Source: an uncultured Haloferula sp. (GTDB lineage Bacteria > Verrucomicrobiota > Verrucomicrobiia > Verrucomicrobiales > Akkermansiaceae). Taken from it: a DNA stretch of 64,000 bases. This document shows, piece by piece, positions 45,554-54,358 of the stretch. How positions within the stretch are numbered: the stretch's first letter is position 1; each line of letters begins with the position of its first letter. The notes beneath the pieces are model-generated. The model saw only the letters and a list, made by a program, of their open reading frames with translations. It was not told the DNA's origin and searched no databases. Both the position numbers and the translations under genes were made by a program. The stretch is from contig CBFGTS010000001.1 in assembly GCA_965652295.1 (NCBI GenBank), positions 160,001 to 224,000 of the forward strand, in the 5' to 3' direction.

Positions 45554-47617
45554 TTGAAGATTCTCTTCAAGAAACGCCCACTGGTCGGCGGTGAGCTGGA
45601 TGATTTTATCGAGCGCGGTGCCGGCACCATGGCCGGCACTGGTCTCGATGCGGATCAGCACCGGCGGGCCGTCCTCGACCTGACAGGCCTGGAGGCGGGC
45701 GGCGAACTTGAAGCTGTGGGCAGGCACGACGCGGTCGTCGTGGTCGGCGGTGGTGACCAGCGTGGCGGGGTAGCGGGTGCCGGGCTCAAGGTTGTGGTAG
45801 GGGGAAATCCGGAGAAGGTTGGCGAATTCGGCGGGGTCCTCGGGATCGCCGTAGTCGCGCTTCCATGCCCAGCCGATCGTGAACTTGTGGAAACGTAGCA
45901 GATCCATCACGCCGACGGCGGGAAGGCAGGCTCCGAAGAGCTCCGGACGCTGGGTCATGCAGACCCCGACGAGCAGACCGCCGTTGCTACCGCCCTGGAT
46001 GGCGAGATTACTGGATGTGCAGTATTTTTCCGACACAAGCCACTCGGCGACGGCAGTGAAGTCATCGTAGCTGGTCTGTTTCTTCAGGCGGATGGCCGAC
46101 TCGTGCCAGTCCTTTCCATATTCGCCGCCGCCGCGGATGCAAGCCTGGGCGAAGACGCCGCCGCGCTCCAGCCACACGGCGCGGGAGACGGAAAAGCCGG
46201 GCGTCATGGGGATGTTGAAACCGCCGTAACCGTAGAGCAGAGTGCGGTGCGAGCCGTCCATTTCGAGGCCCTTCTTGTGGACCAGGAACACCGGGATCTT
46301 CGTTCCGTCCTTGCTGGGAACGAAGACCTCGCGGGTCTCGTAGACGGAGCCGTCGAAGTCGAGTTCCGGGCTTTTCCAGAGGGTGCTCTTGCCGCTGGCG
46401 ATGTCGTAGCGGTAGATCGCGCCGGGATCGGTGAAGCTACTAAATCCGTAGTAGGTTGCCTCGTCGCCCTGCCGCCCGCCGAAGCCGCCGGCGGAGCCGA
46501 TGCCGGGCAGGCCGACCTTGCCGGTGCGGGTGCCGTCCAGCTCGTGCACGGCGACTTCCGTGTGCGCATCGACGAGGTAGCTGCAGATGAGCTTGCCGCC
46601 GACCATGGACGCCTCCTCCAACAGATCCTCGCCTTGCGGGACGATTTCCTTCCACTGCTCACGCGCCGGATTCCGGGTGTCGATGGCGATGATCCGATAG
46701 CGCGGGGCGTCGAGATTGGTGAGGAAATAAAAGGTCGGGCCGGTGTTTCCGATGAAGCCGTAGGAGGCGTCGGCATCCGGCAGCAGCTCGATGACTTCTC
46801 CCCCGGCGGCCTTGCGGTAGGCGACGCGGTTGTCGGTGGAGGTGCCGTCGTAGATATTGATGACGAGGAAGTCGCCGTCATCGGTGACGAAGGCGGAGAG
46901 GTTCCAGTCGGGGTGGTCGTCGCGCGTGTAAACGAGATCGTCCTCCTCCTGCGACGTGCCGATTTCGTGGGAATAGACCTGGTGGTTGCGGTTGCGTTCG
47001 GTGAGGGCGCCATCTCCCTCCGGCGCGGGATAGCGGCTGTAGAAGAAGCCGCTGTGATCGGGCAGCCAGGAGAGGCCGCTGAATTTGACCCATTTCAGGT
47101 GGTCCTCCAGATCCTCGCCGGTGGCGACGTCGCGCACGCGGACCTCGTTCCAGTCACTGCCGCCGCGGGAAATCGACCAGGCGAGGAGCTTGCCATCCCG
47201 GCTGGCCTGCCAGCTGGCGAGCGCGATGGTGCCGTCTTCGGAAAGGGCGTTGGGATCGATCAGCACCCGCGGCTCGGCATCGGGCCCGGAGGCGGTCATG
47301 AGGACGCTCTGATTCTGCAGGCCGGTGTTGTGGGTGTAGAACCACTGCCCGCCTTGTTCCTCCGGCAGGCCGAAACGTTCGAAGTTCCAGAGTTTGGCGA
47401 GCCGCTCGCGGATGGGTTCGCGCTGCGGGAGCTTTTCGAGATAGGCGAACGTGACGGCGTTCTGCGCCTTCACCCAGGCCTTGGTTTCTTCCGAGTTGTC
47501 ATCCTCAAGCCAGCGGTAGGGGTCGGCGACCTCCACGCCGTGGAGCGTTTCGACGAGGTCGGACGTGCGCGTGGCGGGGTAGTCGATGGCGGCGAGGGCG
47601 AGAAGAGGCATGAGCAT
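45551..47617 (-). CDS. Prolyl oligopeptidase (S9A)
   Basis: DPYRWLED, YGYGGF, GGSNGGLL, DHDDRV, GHGAG. Confidence 0.95.
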   Translation of the reverse strand: MLMPLLALAAIDYPATRTSDLVETLHGVEVADPYRWLEDDNSEETKAWVKAQNAVTFAYLEKLPQREPIRERLAKLWNFERFGLPEEQGGQWFYTHNTGLQNQSVLMTASGPDAEPRVLIDPNALSEDGTIALASWQASRDGKLLAWSISRGGSDWNEVRVRDVATGEDLEDHLKWVKFSGLSWLPDHSGFFYSRYPAPEGDGALTERNRNHQVYSHEIGTSQEEDDLVYTRDDHPDWNLSAFVTDDGDFLVINIYDGTSTDNRVAYRKAAGGEVIELLPDADASYGFIGNTGPTFYFLTNLDAPRYRIIAIDTRNPAREQWKEIVPQGEDLLEEASMVGGKLICSYLVDAHTEVAVHELDGTRTGKVGLPGIGSAGGFGGRQGDEATYYGFSSFTDPGAIYRYDIASGKSTLWKSPELDFDGSVYETREVFVPSKDGTKIPVFLVHKKGLEMDGSHRTLLYGYGGFNIPMTPGFSVSRAVWLERGGVFAQACIRGGGEYGKDWHESAIRLKKQTSYDDFTAVAEWLVSEKYCTSSNLAIQGGSNGGLLVGVCMTQRPELFGACLPAVGVMDLLRFHKFTIGWAWKRDYGDPEDPAEFANLLRISPYHNLEPGTRYPATLVTTADHDDRVVPAHSFKFAARLQACQVEDGPPVLIRIETSAGHGAGTALDKIIQLTADQWAFLEENLQ

Positions 47618-47628
47618 GGCGGAGGGAG

Positions 47629-48396
47629 TCAGCGTTGGAGATCGCCGGTGTAAAGGTTGAAGGTGGGTGGACGGAGAAAGGCGACGAGCGTCTGCCCGGA
47701 GTGCTGGGCGAACTCGACCGCCAGCGACGATGGCGCGGAAATGGCGGCGATCAAGGGAACGTGCGCGCCGAGGGCCTTCTGCATGATTTCGAAGGAGACG
47801 CGGCCGGAGACGAGGAGGAAGGATTCTTCTACGGCGAGTCCCGTAGTCAGCGCGTGGCCGATGAGCTTGTCGACCGCGTTGTGGCGGCCGACGTCCTCCC
47901 GCAGGGCGAGCATTTCGCCGGAGGCGGAGAAGAGCGCGGCGGCGTGGAGGCCGCCGGTGGTGTCGAAGGTTTCCTGCGCGGCGCGGAGTTTCGCCGGGGC
48001 GGCCAGCAGCGCGGAGGCGGGGAAGCGGACAGGGGTTTCGAGCGGCGGGAAGTCGTTGAAAATGCGGTCGATGCTGGCTTTTCCGCAGATCCCGCAGGAG
48101 GAGGCGCTGAAGAGGTTCCGCTGGAGCCGCTCCGAGTCGAAACTGGCGTCATCGTGGAGGAAAACCAGGGCGTGATTCGCGGTGGAACCCAGATCGATGC
48201 GGCGGATGGCGGCGGGTGACGGCAGGATGCCTTCGGTGACGAGGAATCCCCGGACGAGGTCGTCGTCGTGTCCCGGCGTTCGCATCACCACGGCGATCGG
48301 CAGGCCATCGAGCGTGATCTGCAGCGGCTCCTCCACGGCGACCCGCTCGTTTTTCGACGAGCCATCGGCGGCGCGGGCGGGGAAGGGGCGGTCCAT
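47629..48396 (-). CDS. fdhD: Formate dehydrogenase accessory sulfurtransferase
   Basis: EEPL, MRTPG, SSCGICGK, TGGLHAAA, REDVGRHNAVDK, SAPSSLA. Confidence 0.95.
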   Translation of the reverse strand: MDRPFPARAADGSSKNERVAVEEPLQITLDGLPIAVVMRTPGHDDDLVRGFLVTEGILPSPAAIRRIDLGSTANHALVFLHDDASFDSERLQRNLFSASSCGICGKASIDRIFNDFPPLETPVRFPASALLAAPAKLRAAQETFDTTGGLHAAALFSASGEMLALREDVGRHNAVDKLIGHALTTGLAVEESFLLVSGRVSFEIMQKALGAHVPLIAAISAPSSLAVEFAQHSGQTLVAFLRPPTFNLYTGDLQR

Positions 48397-48438
48397 GGGT
48401 GGAAATGGGATTGCTTGCAGGATTGCGACAAAACACAC

Positions 48439-48474
48439 CTGACGCAACGGCGATGACCGTGTAGCGTCGCGTCA
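48439..48474 (+). promoter_or_regulatory. Putative hicBA promoter with inverted-repeat operator
   Basis: CTGACG-N17-TAGCGT, 6 nt before the ATG. TGACGCAACG/CGTCGCGTCA inverted repeat. Confidence 0.4.
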
Positions 48475-48683
48475 TGAAGTTCGTCATCACCTTGGATCGC
48501 GATGAAGACGGGGCCTGGATCGCGGAATGTCCTTCGATCCCGGGCTGCATCAGCCAAGGGGAAACCCGGGAGGAGGCCGAGGCCAACATCCGGGAAGCCA
48601 TCGTGGGGTGCTTGGAAGTCAGGGCTGAGCAAGGAATGCCGCTGACTGTGGAAACGCGGACCGTCGAAGTCGCCGTCGCTTGA
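48474..48683 (+). CDS. hicB: HicB family antitoxin (short form)
   Basis: DEDG.WIAECPSIPGCISQGETREEA.ANIREAI. Confidence 0.9.
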   Translation: MKFVITLDRDEDGAWIAECPSIPGCISQGETREEAEANIREAIVGCLEVRAEQGMPLTVETRTVEVAVA

Positions 48684-48687
48684 AATC

Positions 48688-48911
48688 GTGCCGCAACTTC
48701 CCACCATCAGTGGTCGAGAGGCCCTTGCTGCTTTTGAAGGGGATGGCTGGGTTTTCCAGCGTCAGCGGGGCAGCACATGATTCTCACCAAGCCAGGTCAC
48801 ATCGCGAGCCTGTCGATGCCGGACCACAAGGAGCTGGCGAAGGGAACGCTTCGCGGCTTGATCCGATCCGCCGGAATCACCGTCGAGCGCTTCCTCGAAC
48901 TGGTGGGGTGA
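48688..48911 (+). pseudogene. hicA: HicA family toxin, frameshifted
   Basis: MPQLPTISGREA..AF..DGW.F.RQRGS, then a 1-nt deletion (agc ac atg), then MILTKPG...MPDHKELAKGTLRGLIRSAG in the shifted frame. Confidence 0.85.
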
Positions 48912-48932
48912 TCGGCCTTTTCTGAAGACTTT

Positions 48933-50021
48933 TCAAACATGCAGCCGCATCACGCGCGGAGTGATGCCGGTGAGGATTTCCCAGGCGATGGTGCCGGCTT
49001 TCGCGGCGATTTCATCGACGCGGATGTGCGGGCCGAAGCATTCGACTTCATCGCCGGTGGCGACGTCGGAGCCGGTCACGTCGATCATGATCTGGTCCAT
49101 GGTGACGCGGCCGATGACCGGGAAACGGCGGCCGCGGATGAAGACCTCCGCCCCGTTTCCTGAAAGCGAGCGCGGGTAGCCATCGCCGTAGCCGATGCCG
49201 ACGGTGGCGACTTCGGTCGGCCGTGTGGTGACGTAGGTGCGGCCGTAGGAAACTCCGTGGCCGGCGGGCAGCGTGCGGACGAGGGTGACGCGGGATTTGA
49301 GCGTCATGACGTTGCGCAGACGGTCGGCGTGGCCGGGCAGAGGGGAAATGCCGTAGGTCATCAGGCCGGGACGGACGAGATTGCAGGGCCCGAGGTCGTA
49401 GCCGAGGAGTCCGGCGCTGTTTCCGAGGTGGATCCAGCGGAAACGCTCCGCTCCGCCGAGGTGGGCGACGATTTCCGCGAAGCGGATGCACTGGCCGCGG
49501 GTGAAGTCCTCGTCTTCGTCGGCGCTCGGCAGGTGCGAGCCGATGCCCTCGATCTCGATGCCGGGCAGAGCTTCGAGCTCCGGCAACGCGGCGGGCAGCA
49601 GGTCGGCCACGAAGCCGCCGCGGCCCATGCCGGTATCGACGGCGAGGTGGCACTTCAGGCGGGTGCCGGCGGCGAGTTCGGAGAAATGCCGGGCTTCGTC
49701 GAGATTCGAAAGGCAGGGCGTCCAGCCGCGGGCAACGATTTCCTCGCGCTCCGCCTCCCAGGTGGCCCCGAGCAGGTAGATGCGCGTGGAAACGCCGGCA
49801 TCCGCGATGCGGCGGGCCTCGCCGACGTTGGCGACGCCGAAAAACGCGATGTCCTCCGCGGCGAGGCAGCGTGCAATTTCCTCAAGCCCATGGCCATAGG
49901 CACCGGCCTTGACCACGGCCATCACGGCGCAGCCGGAGATTTCGCGGGCGGTGGCAAGGTTGTGCTTGAGGGCGGAAAGGTCGATCTCCGCCCACGCGCG
50001 AGGTGGGGAAATGGCGGGCAT
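48933..50021 (-). CDS. alr: Alanine racemase
   Basis: AVVKAGAYGHG, VDTGMGR, NSAG, VRPGL..YG, VSYG, GYGDG, GRVTMDQ. Confidence 0.96.
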   Translation of the reverse strand: MPAISPPRAWAEIDLSALKHNLATAREISGCAVMAVVKAGAYGHGLEEIARCLAAEDIAFFGVANVGEARRIADAGVSTRIYLLGATWEAEREEIVARGWTPCLSNLDEARHFSELAAGTRLKCHLAVDTGMGRGGFVADLLPAALPELEALPGIEIEGIGSHLPSADEDEDFTRGQCIRFAEIVAHLGGAERFRWIHLGNSAGLLGYDLGPCNLVRPGLMTYGISPLPGHADRLRNVMTLKSRVTLVRTLPAGHGVSYGRTYVTTRPTEVATVGIGYGDGYPRSLSGNGAEVFIRGRRFPVIGRVTMDQIMIDVTGSDVATGDEVECFGPHIRVDEIAAKAGTIAWEILTGITPRVMRLHV

Positions 50022-50113
50022 AGGTGGCGGGTGGAGTGGAGCGTCGATGGCCTGCCTCCGCAAGTGTTTGGCCTAGAATGAAGCCGCGGAATGGAGGGCG
50101 CTGACACCGATGG

Positions 50114-50515
50114 TCACCAAATCACCGTCAGCCCGTAGACTTCGGCCATTCTGTCGGAGCTGATCAGTTCCAAATCTTTCGCGAGAGCCTGGGTGAAGAT
50201 CATGCGGTCGAAGGGATCCCTGTGGTGGAGCGGGAGGGTCTCGATGAGCTTGCAGTGGCGAGGCTCGATGCCGATGCAGTCGATGCCCTGTTCGTGCAGA
50301 CCTTCGACCAGAGCCGTGTCCCAATCCGACGGAATGCGGAGATCGGAATGACTTCCTCTGATGCGCTTGAGTCCGATTTCCCAGAGGCTGACCACGCTGT
50401 AGAAGAGCGGCCCGACATCGAGATCCAGCAACCTTTGAGAGGCCCGCCGGGACAATAAATCCGGTCGATATCCCGCCCGCAGGACGGTCATGGTATCCAG
50501 CAATGCTCCCCTCAT
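50114..50515 (-). CDS. vapC: PIN-domain (VapC) toxin
   Basis: LLDT, S..SLWEI..K, HHRDPFDR, ISSD acidic quartet. Confidence 0.88.
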   Translation of the reverse strand: MRGALLDTMTVLRAGYRPDLLSRRASQRLLDLDVGPLFYSVVSLWEIGLKRIRGSHSDLRIPSDWDTALVEGLHEQGIDCIGIEPRHCKLIETLPLHHRDPFDRMIFTQALAKDLELISSDRMAEVYGLTVIW

Positions 50516-50517
50516 CT

Positions 50518-50805
50518 TTACTCTCCCGTGCGCTCGTGCGGCGGATACGGTTTGTCGACCATGACGGAATCCATGAAGTCCCGGGCGATTTCATCGTCCA
50601 AGGCAGGATCGTCGAATCCTTCGATGCTGACCTTTTCCCCCGCCTTCAACGCGAAGCCCAGCACCCGCTTTTTTCGCGCCGGCAGTTCCGCCACCAGCCG
50701 GGCGACCGGCTTGTCCCGCCGGGCGATGATGACCTCCTCGCCCCGCTCGACGGCGGCGATCAACTTGGAAAGCTGGGTCTTGGCCTGGTGGATGGTGACT
50801 TTCAC
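50518..50805 (-). CDS. Phd/YefM family antitoxin
   Basis: VTIHQAKTQLSKLI..VE.GEEVIIAR..KPVARL. Confidence 0.9.
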   Translation of the reverse strand: MKVTIHQAKTQLSKLIAAVERGEEVIIARRDKPVARLVAELPARKKRVLGFALKAGEKVSIEGFDDPALDDEIARDFMDSVMVDKPYPPHERTGE

Positions 50806-50811
50806 GGCGGC

Positions 50812-50840
50812 AACTTAGCTAAGTTAGTCAGGTGGGTCAA
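50812..50840 (-). promoter_or_regulatory. Leaderless TA promoter with palindromic operator
   Basis: TTGACC-N17-TAAGTT-N6-GTG. A perfect 14-bp palindrome AACTTAGCTAAGTT (50812-50825) covers the -10. Confidence 0.7.
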
Positions 50841-50894
50841 TTCCACGGATCCCGCCGTCGGAAACCTGCGCAAATCCGGCCTCCGCCCCGGTGG

Positions 50895-50923
50895 TTGACC
50901 CGGTCGGGCGGCGTTGCTAGCGT
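50895..50923 (+). promoter_or_regulatory. Putative ileS promoter
   Basis: TTGACC-N17-TAGCGT. Confidence 0.5.
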
Positions 50924-50944
50924 CCGCGCCCTTTTCCTCCGAAC

Positions 50945-53671
50945 ATGAGCGCCGACTACAAAGACACGGTCCTGCTGCCGAAGACCGATTTCCCGATGAA
51001 GGGGGATCTGGTCACGCGCGAGCCGGAACGCATCGCCCGCTGGGAGTCCGATGGTCTTTACGCGCGCATTATCGCCCGCCGCAAAGCGCAGAAGGCTCCG
51101 AAATTCGTGCTGCACGACGGTCCGCCGTTCGCGAACGGCGATGTCCACATGGGTACGGCGCTGAACAAGGTATTGAAGGACCTGGTGGTGAAATCGAAGA
51201 CCATGGCCGGCTTCGAGGCACCCTTCGTGCCGGGCTGGGACTGCCACGGGCTGCCGATCGAGTTCAAGGTGGTGAAACAGGCGCAGGGCCTGGAGCCAGC
51301 CGAAATCCGCCGTCGGTGCACGGAATTCGCGGAGAAATTCATCGATATCCAGCGCGGCTCGTTCAAGCGCCTCGGGGTGTTCGGCGACTGGGAAAATCCT
51401 TACCTGACGATGAATCCGGGCTACGAAGCCGAGATCGTACGGGTTTTCGCCAAGATGGTGGAGGACGGCGTGGTGTATCAATCGAAGAAGCCGGTCCAGT
51501 GGAGCTACGGCGCACACACGGCGCTGGCCGAGGCGGAGGTCGAGTATGCGGACAAGATCAGCCCGTCGATCTATGTGAAATTCGCGATGACCCCCGAGTC
51601 GTCCGCGAAACTGGGGATTGGCAACGCTTCGATCGCGATCTGGACGACGACGCCATGGACGCTGCCGGCGAACCTCGGTGTGGCGGTGCATCCGGACTTC
51701 GACTACGTGGTAGGCCAGTTCGGCGGCAATGGCCGCAAGGAAATCCTGATCGTGGTGAAGGAGCTGGTCGAGGCGCTGACGGAAAAAACCGGCATGCGCT
51801 TGGTCAACACGCTCAAGGAGCTGAAGGGCCGCGAGCTGGAAAACCTGTCGGCGAAGCATCCTTTCCTTGATCGCGAATCGAAGATCATCCTCGGTCAATT
51901 CGTGACGACGGAGACGGGCACGGGCGCGGTGCACATCGCGCCGGGCCATGGCTCGGACGACTACGTGGTCGGCCAGCAATACGGCCTGGGCGTGCTTTCG
52001 CCGGTCGATGACGACGGAAATTTCACCGACGAGTGCGGGCTGCCGGATCTGGTGGGCCAGCATGTTTTCAAGAGCAACGAGCCGATCATCGAGCTACTCG
52101 AAAGCAAAGGGGTGCTGCTGGCGCGCGAGGACTACGCGCACAGCTATCCGCATTGCTGGCGCTCGAAAACGCCGATCATCTTCCGTGCGGTCGAGCAGTT
52201 CTTCATTTCCCTCGATTCGCTGCGCCAGACGGCACTGGAGGAGATCGACAAGACCGAGTGGCTGCCGGCGTGGGGTCGGAACCGCATCTACGGCACCGTG
52301 GAAGCGCGGCCGGACTGGTGCATCAGCCGCCAACGCACCTGGGGTGTGCCGCTGCCGGTGTTTTTCGAGGATGGCAAGGCGGTCCTTTGCGCCGAGACGG
52401 CCCGCAAGGTGGCCGATCTGGTGGAAAAGGAAGGGACGAATGTGTGGTTCGAGCTTTCCGATGAGGAATTGTGCGAACGGCTGGGCCTGAAGCCGGGCCT
52501 GACGAAGTGCCGCGACACGCTGGATGTGTGGATCGACTCCGGTTGCTCGCATGTCTCGGTTCTGGAAAAGCATCCGGAGCTGCGGGTGCCGGCGGATCTT
52601 TATCTGGAGGCGACCGACCAGCACCGCGGCTGGTTCCAGAGTTCCCTGATGATGTCCGTGGCCTACCGCGGCGTGGCCCCCTACAAGGCGGTGCTGACGC
52701 ACGGGTTCGTCGTCGACAAGGACAAGAAGAAGCTCTCGAAGTCCGAGGCGGAAAAGGCGGGCAAACCGATCGATGCGGCCCACTTTTACAACAAATACGG
52801 ATCGGACATCGTGCGCCTGTGGGTCAGCTCGGTGGATTGGCAGAACGAGGTGCCATTCGGTGAGGAGCTGTTCAAGCAGGTGGCCGAGCCCTATCGCCGC
52901 CTGCGCAACACGCTGCGGATCCTGCTGGGAAATCTCGACGGCTTCGATCCGGAGAGCGATCGCGTGGCTCCGAGCCACATGCTGGTGCTCGACCAATGGA
53001 TCCTGGAGCGCTTGCACGCGGTGGTGTCCGAATGCCGCAAGGCCTACGAGCGTTACGAATTCCGCAAGGTCTTCAACGAGCTGAACCAGTTCTGCGCCGC
53101 GGATCTCTCGGCGGTTTACATCGATGCGACGAAGGATCGGATGTATTGCGACGCACCGAAATCGGTCCGCCGCCGTGCGAGCCAGACGGCGATGTACGAT
53201 ATTTTCAGTAATTTGACCCGGCTGCTGGCCCCGATCCTGGCCTTCACGGCGGACGAGGCGTGGGAACATGCGCCGTTCACCGACGGCAGTGTGCACGAGC
53301 AGGATTTCCCCGAGCCGGACCCGAACTTCGCCGGCGGCGGGGCGACGGCGAAGGTGGCCCGCCTGTTGGAGATCCGCCACGACGTGCAGCAGGCGATCGA
53401 GGAGCAGGTCAAGGCGAAGGCTTTCAAGAAGAACAACGAAGCGGCGGTGAAGCTGGTCGTGAAGGAGGGCGAGACGGTTTATCCGCTGCTCAGCGACGAG
53501 GCATTCGCGAAGGAGTTCTTCATCGTGGCCGAGTTCGACGTGTCCGCCGGGCCGGAGTTTTCCGTGAAGGTGACGAAGTCGGAGCATCCGATGTGCCCGC
53601 GCTGCCGGCGCTATGAAACGCTGGTGGCGGAGGTGTGCGAACGTTGCGACGGAGTGGTCGCGAAGGCATGA
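50945..53671 (+). CDS. ileS: Isoleucine--tRNA ligase (type 1)
   Basis: LHDGPPFANG, GWDCHGLPIE, WTTTPWTLPAN, DWCISRQR.WG, DQHRGWFQSS, C-terminal CPRC...CERC zinc finger. Confidence 0.97.
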   Translation: MSADYKDTVLLPKTDFPMKGDLVTREPERIARWESDGLYARIIARRKAQKAPKFVLHDGPPFANGDVHMGTALNKVLKDLVVKSKTMAGFEAPFVPGWDCHGLPIEFKVVKQAQGLEPAEIRRRCTEFAEKFIDIQRGSFKRLGVFGDWENPYLTMNPGYEAEIVRVFAKMVEDGVVYQSKKPVQWSYGAHTALAEAEVEYADKISPSIYVKFAMTPESSAKLGIGNASIAIWTTTPWTLPANLGVAVHPDFDYVVGQFGGNGRKEILIVVKELVEALTEKTGMRLVNTLKELKGRELENLSAKHPFLDRESKIILGQFVTTETGTGAVHIAPGHGSDDYVVGQQYGLGVLSPVDDDGNFTDECGLPDLVGQHVFKSNEPIIELLESKGVLLAREDYAHSYPHCWRSKTPIIFRAVEQFFISLDSLRQTALEEIDKTEWLPAWGRNRIYGTVEARPDWCISRQRTWGVPLPVFFEDGKAVLCAETARKVADLVEKEGTNVWFELSDEELCERLGLKPGLTKCRDTLDVWIDSGCSHVSVLEKHPELRVPADLYLEATDQHRGWFQSSLMMSVAYRGVAPYKAVLTHGFVVDKDKKKLSKSEAEKAGKPIDAAHFYNKYGSDIVRLWVSSVDWQNEVPFGEELFKQVAEPYRRLRNTLRILLGNLDGFDPESDRVAPSHMLVLDQWILERLHAVVSECRKAYERYEFRKVFNELNQFCAADLSAVYIDATKDRMYCDAPKSVRRRASQTAMYDIFSNLTRLLAPILAFTADEAWEHAPFTDGSVHEQDFPEPDPNFAGGGATAKVARLLEIRHDVQQAIEEQVKAKAFKKNNEAAVKLVVKEGETVYPLLSDEAFAKEFFIVAEFDVSAGPEFSVKVTKSEHPMCPRCRRYETLVAEVCERCDGVVAKA

Positions 53672-54321
53672 AGACCGGGGATGACGCTTCAGCGGCTGGA
53701 AGCCGCAGCAACGGCCTGCGGCAGGATGCCGCAGCTACGCCCTTGAAGCTCTGGCCGTGGTTGCTGGCGGTGACGGTGCCGCTCTACATCCTCGACCAGG
53801 TGACGAAGTTCTGGGTGGTCGATCGTTTCGTGCCGCCGTGGCGGGATGCACCGGTGGATCAGAAGATCATCGAGGTGATCCCGGGTTTCCTGAACTGGGT
53901 CCGCGTGCACAACCAGGGCGTGGCGTGGGGCATGGGGAACGGGACGGAATGGGCACCGCTGGTGTTTCCTGTCATCTCCTTGGCAGCCTTCATCCTGATA
54001 GCGGTGGGGCTGAAGAAGAGATTCTTCGTGGGAAAAGTGGGCATGCTGGCGGTGGCGCTGCTGCTCACGGGGATCATCGGGAATCTGACGGACCGGCTGG
54101 TCCAGGGCTCGCTGCTGGATGAAATGCAAGGCGCGCCTTTGTGGGAGCGACTGAAGGCGGGCTATGTCGTGGATTTCATCGACGTCACGATCCCGGTCAT
54201 CGGCTACCGCTGGCCGTCGTTCAATGTGGCGGACTCGTGTATCTGCATCGCGGCGGTGCTGCTTTTCCTCTCCGGCATGAAGGCGGAGAAGGAAGCGGCC
54301 AAGCGCAAGGCGGAGGGGTGA
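53668..54321 (+). CDS. lspA: Lipoprotein signal peptidase (SPase II)
   Basis: LDQVTK, N.G.AWG, GNL.DR, VVDFI, FNVADS.I. ATGA-coupled to ileS. Confidence 0.95.
   Translation: MKTGDDASAAGSRSNGLRQDAAATPLKLWPWLLAVTVPLYILDQVTKFWVVDRFVPPWRDAPVDQKIIEVIPGFLNWVRVHNQGVAWGMGNGTEWAPLVFPVISLAAFILIAVGLKKRFFVGKVGMLAVALLLTGIIGNLTDRLVQGSLLDEMQGAPLWERLKAGYVVDFIDVTIPVIGYRWPSFNVADSCICIAAVLLFLSGMKAEKEAAKRKAEG
53692..53738. repeat. Tandem REP-like pair inside the lspA 5' region
   Basis: GCGGCTGGAAGCCGCAGCAAC and GCGGCAGGATGCCGCAGCTAC; 21-mers with a hairpin and a CTAC (GTAG) end. Confidence 0.65.
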
Positions 54322-54358
54322 GAGCGGCGGCTTGCGGCGGCGCGATCGCTGGATCAGC

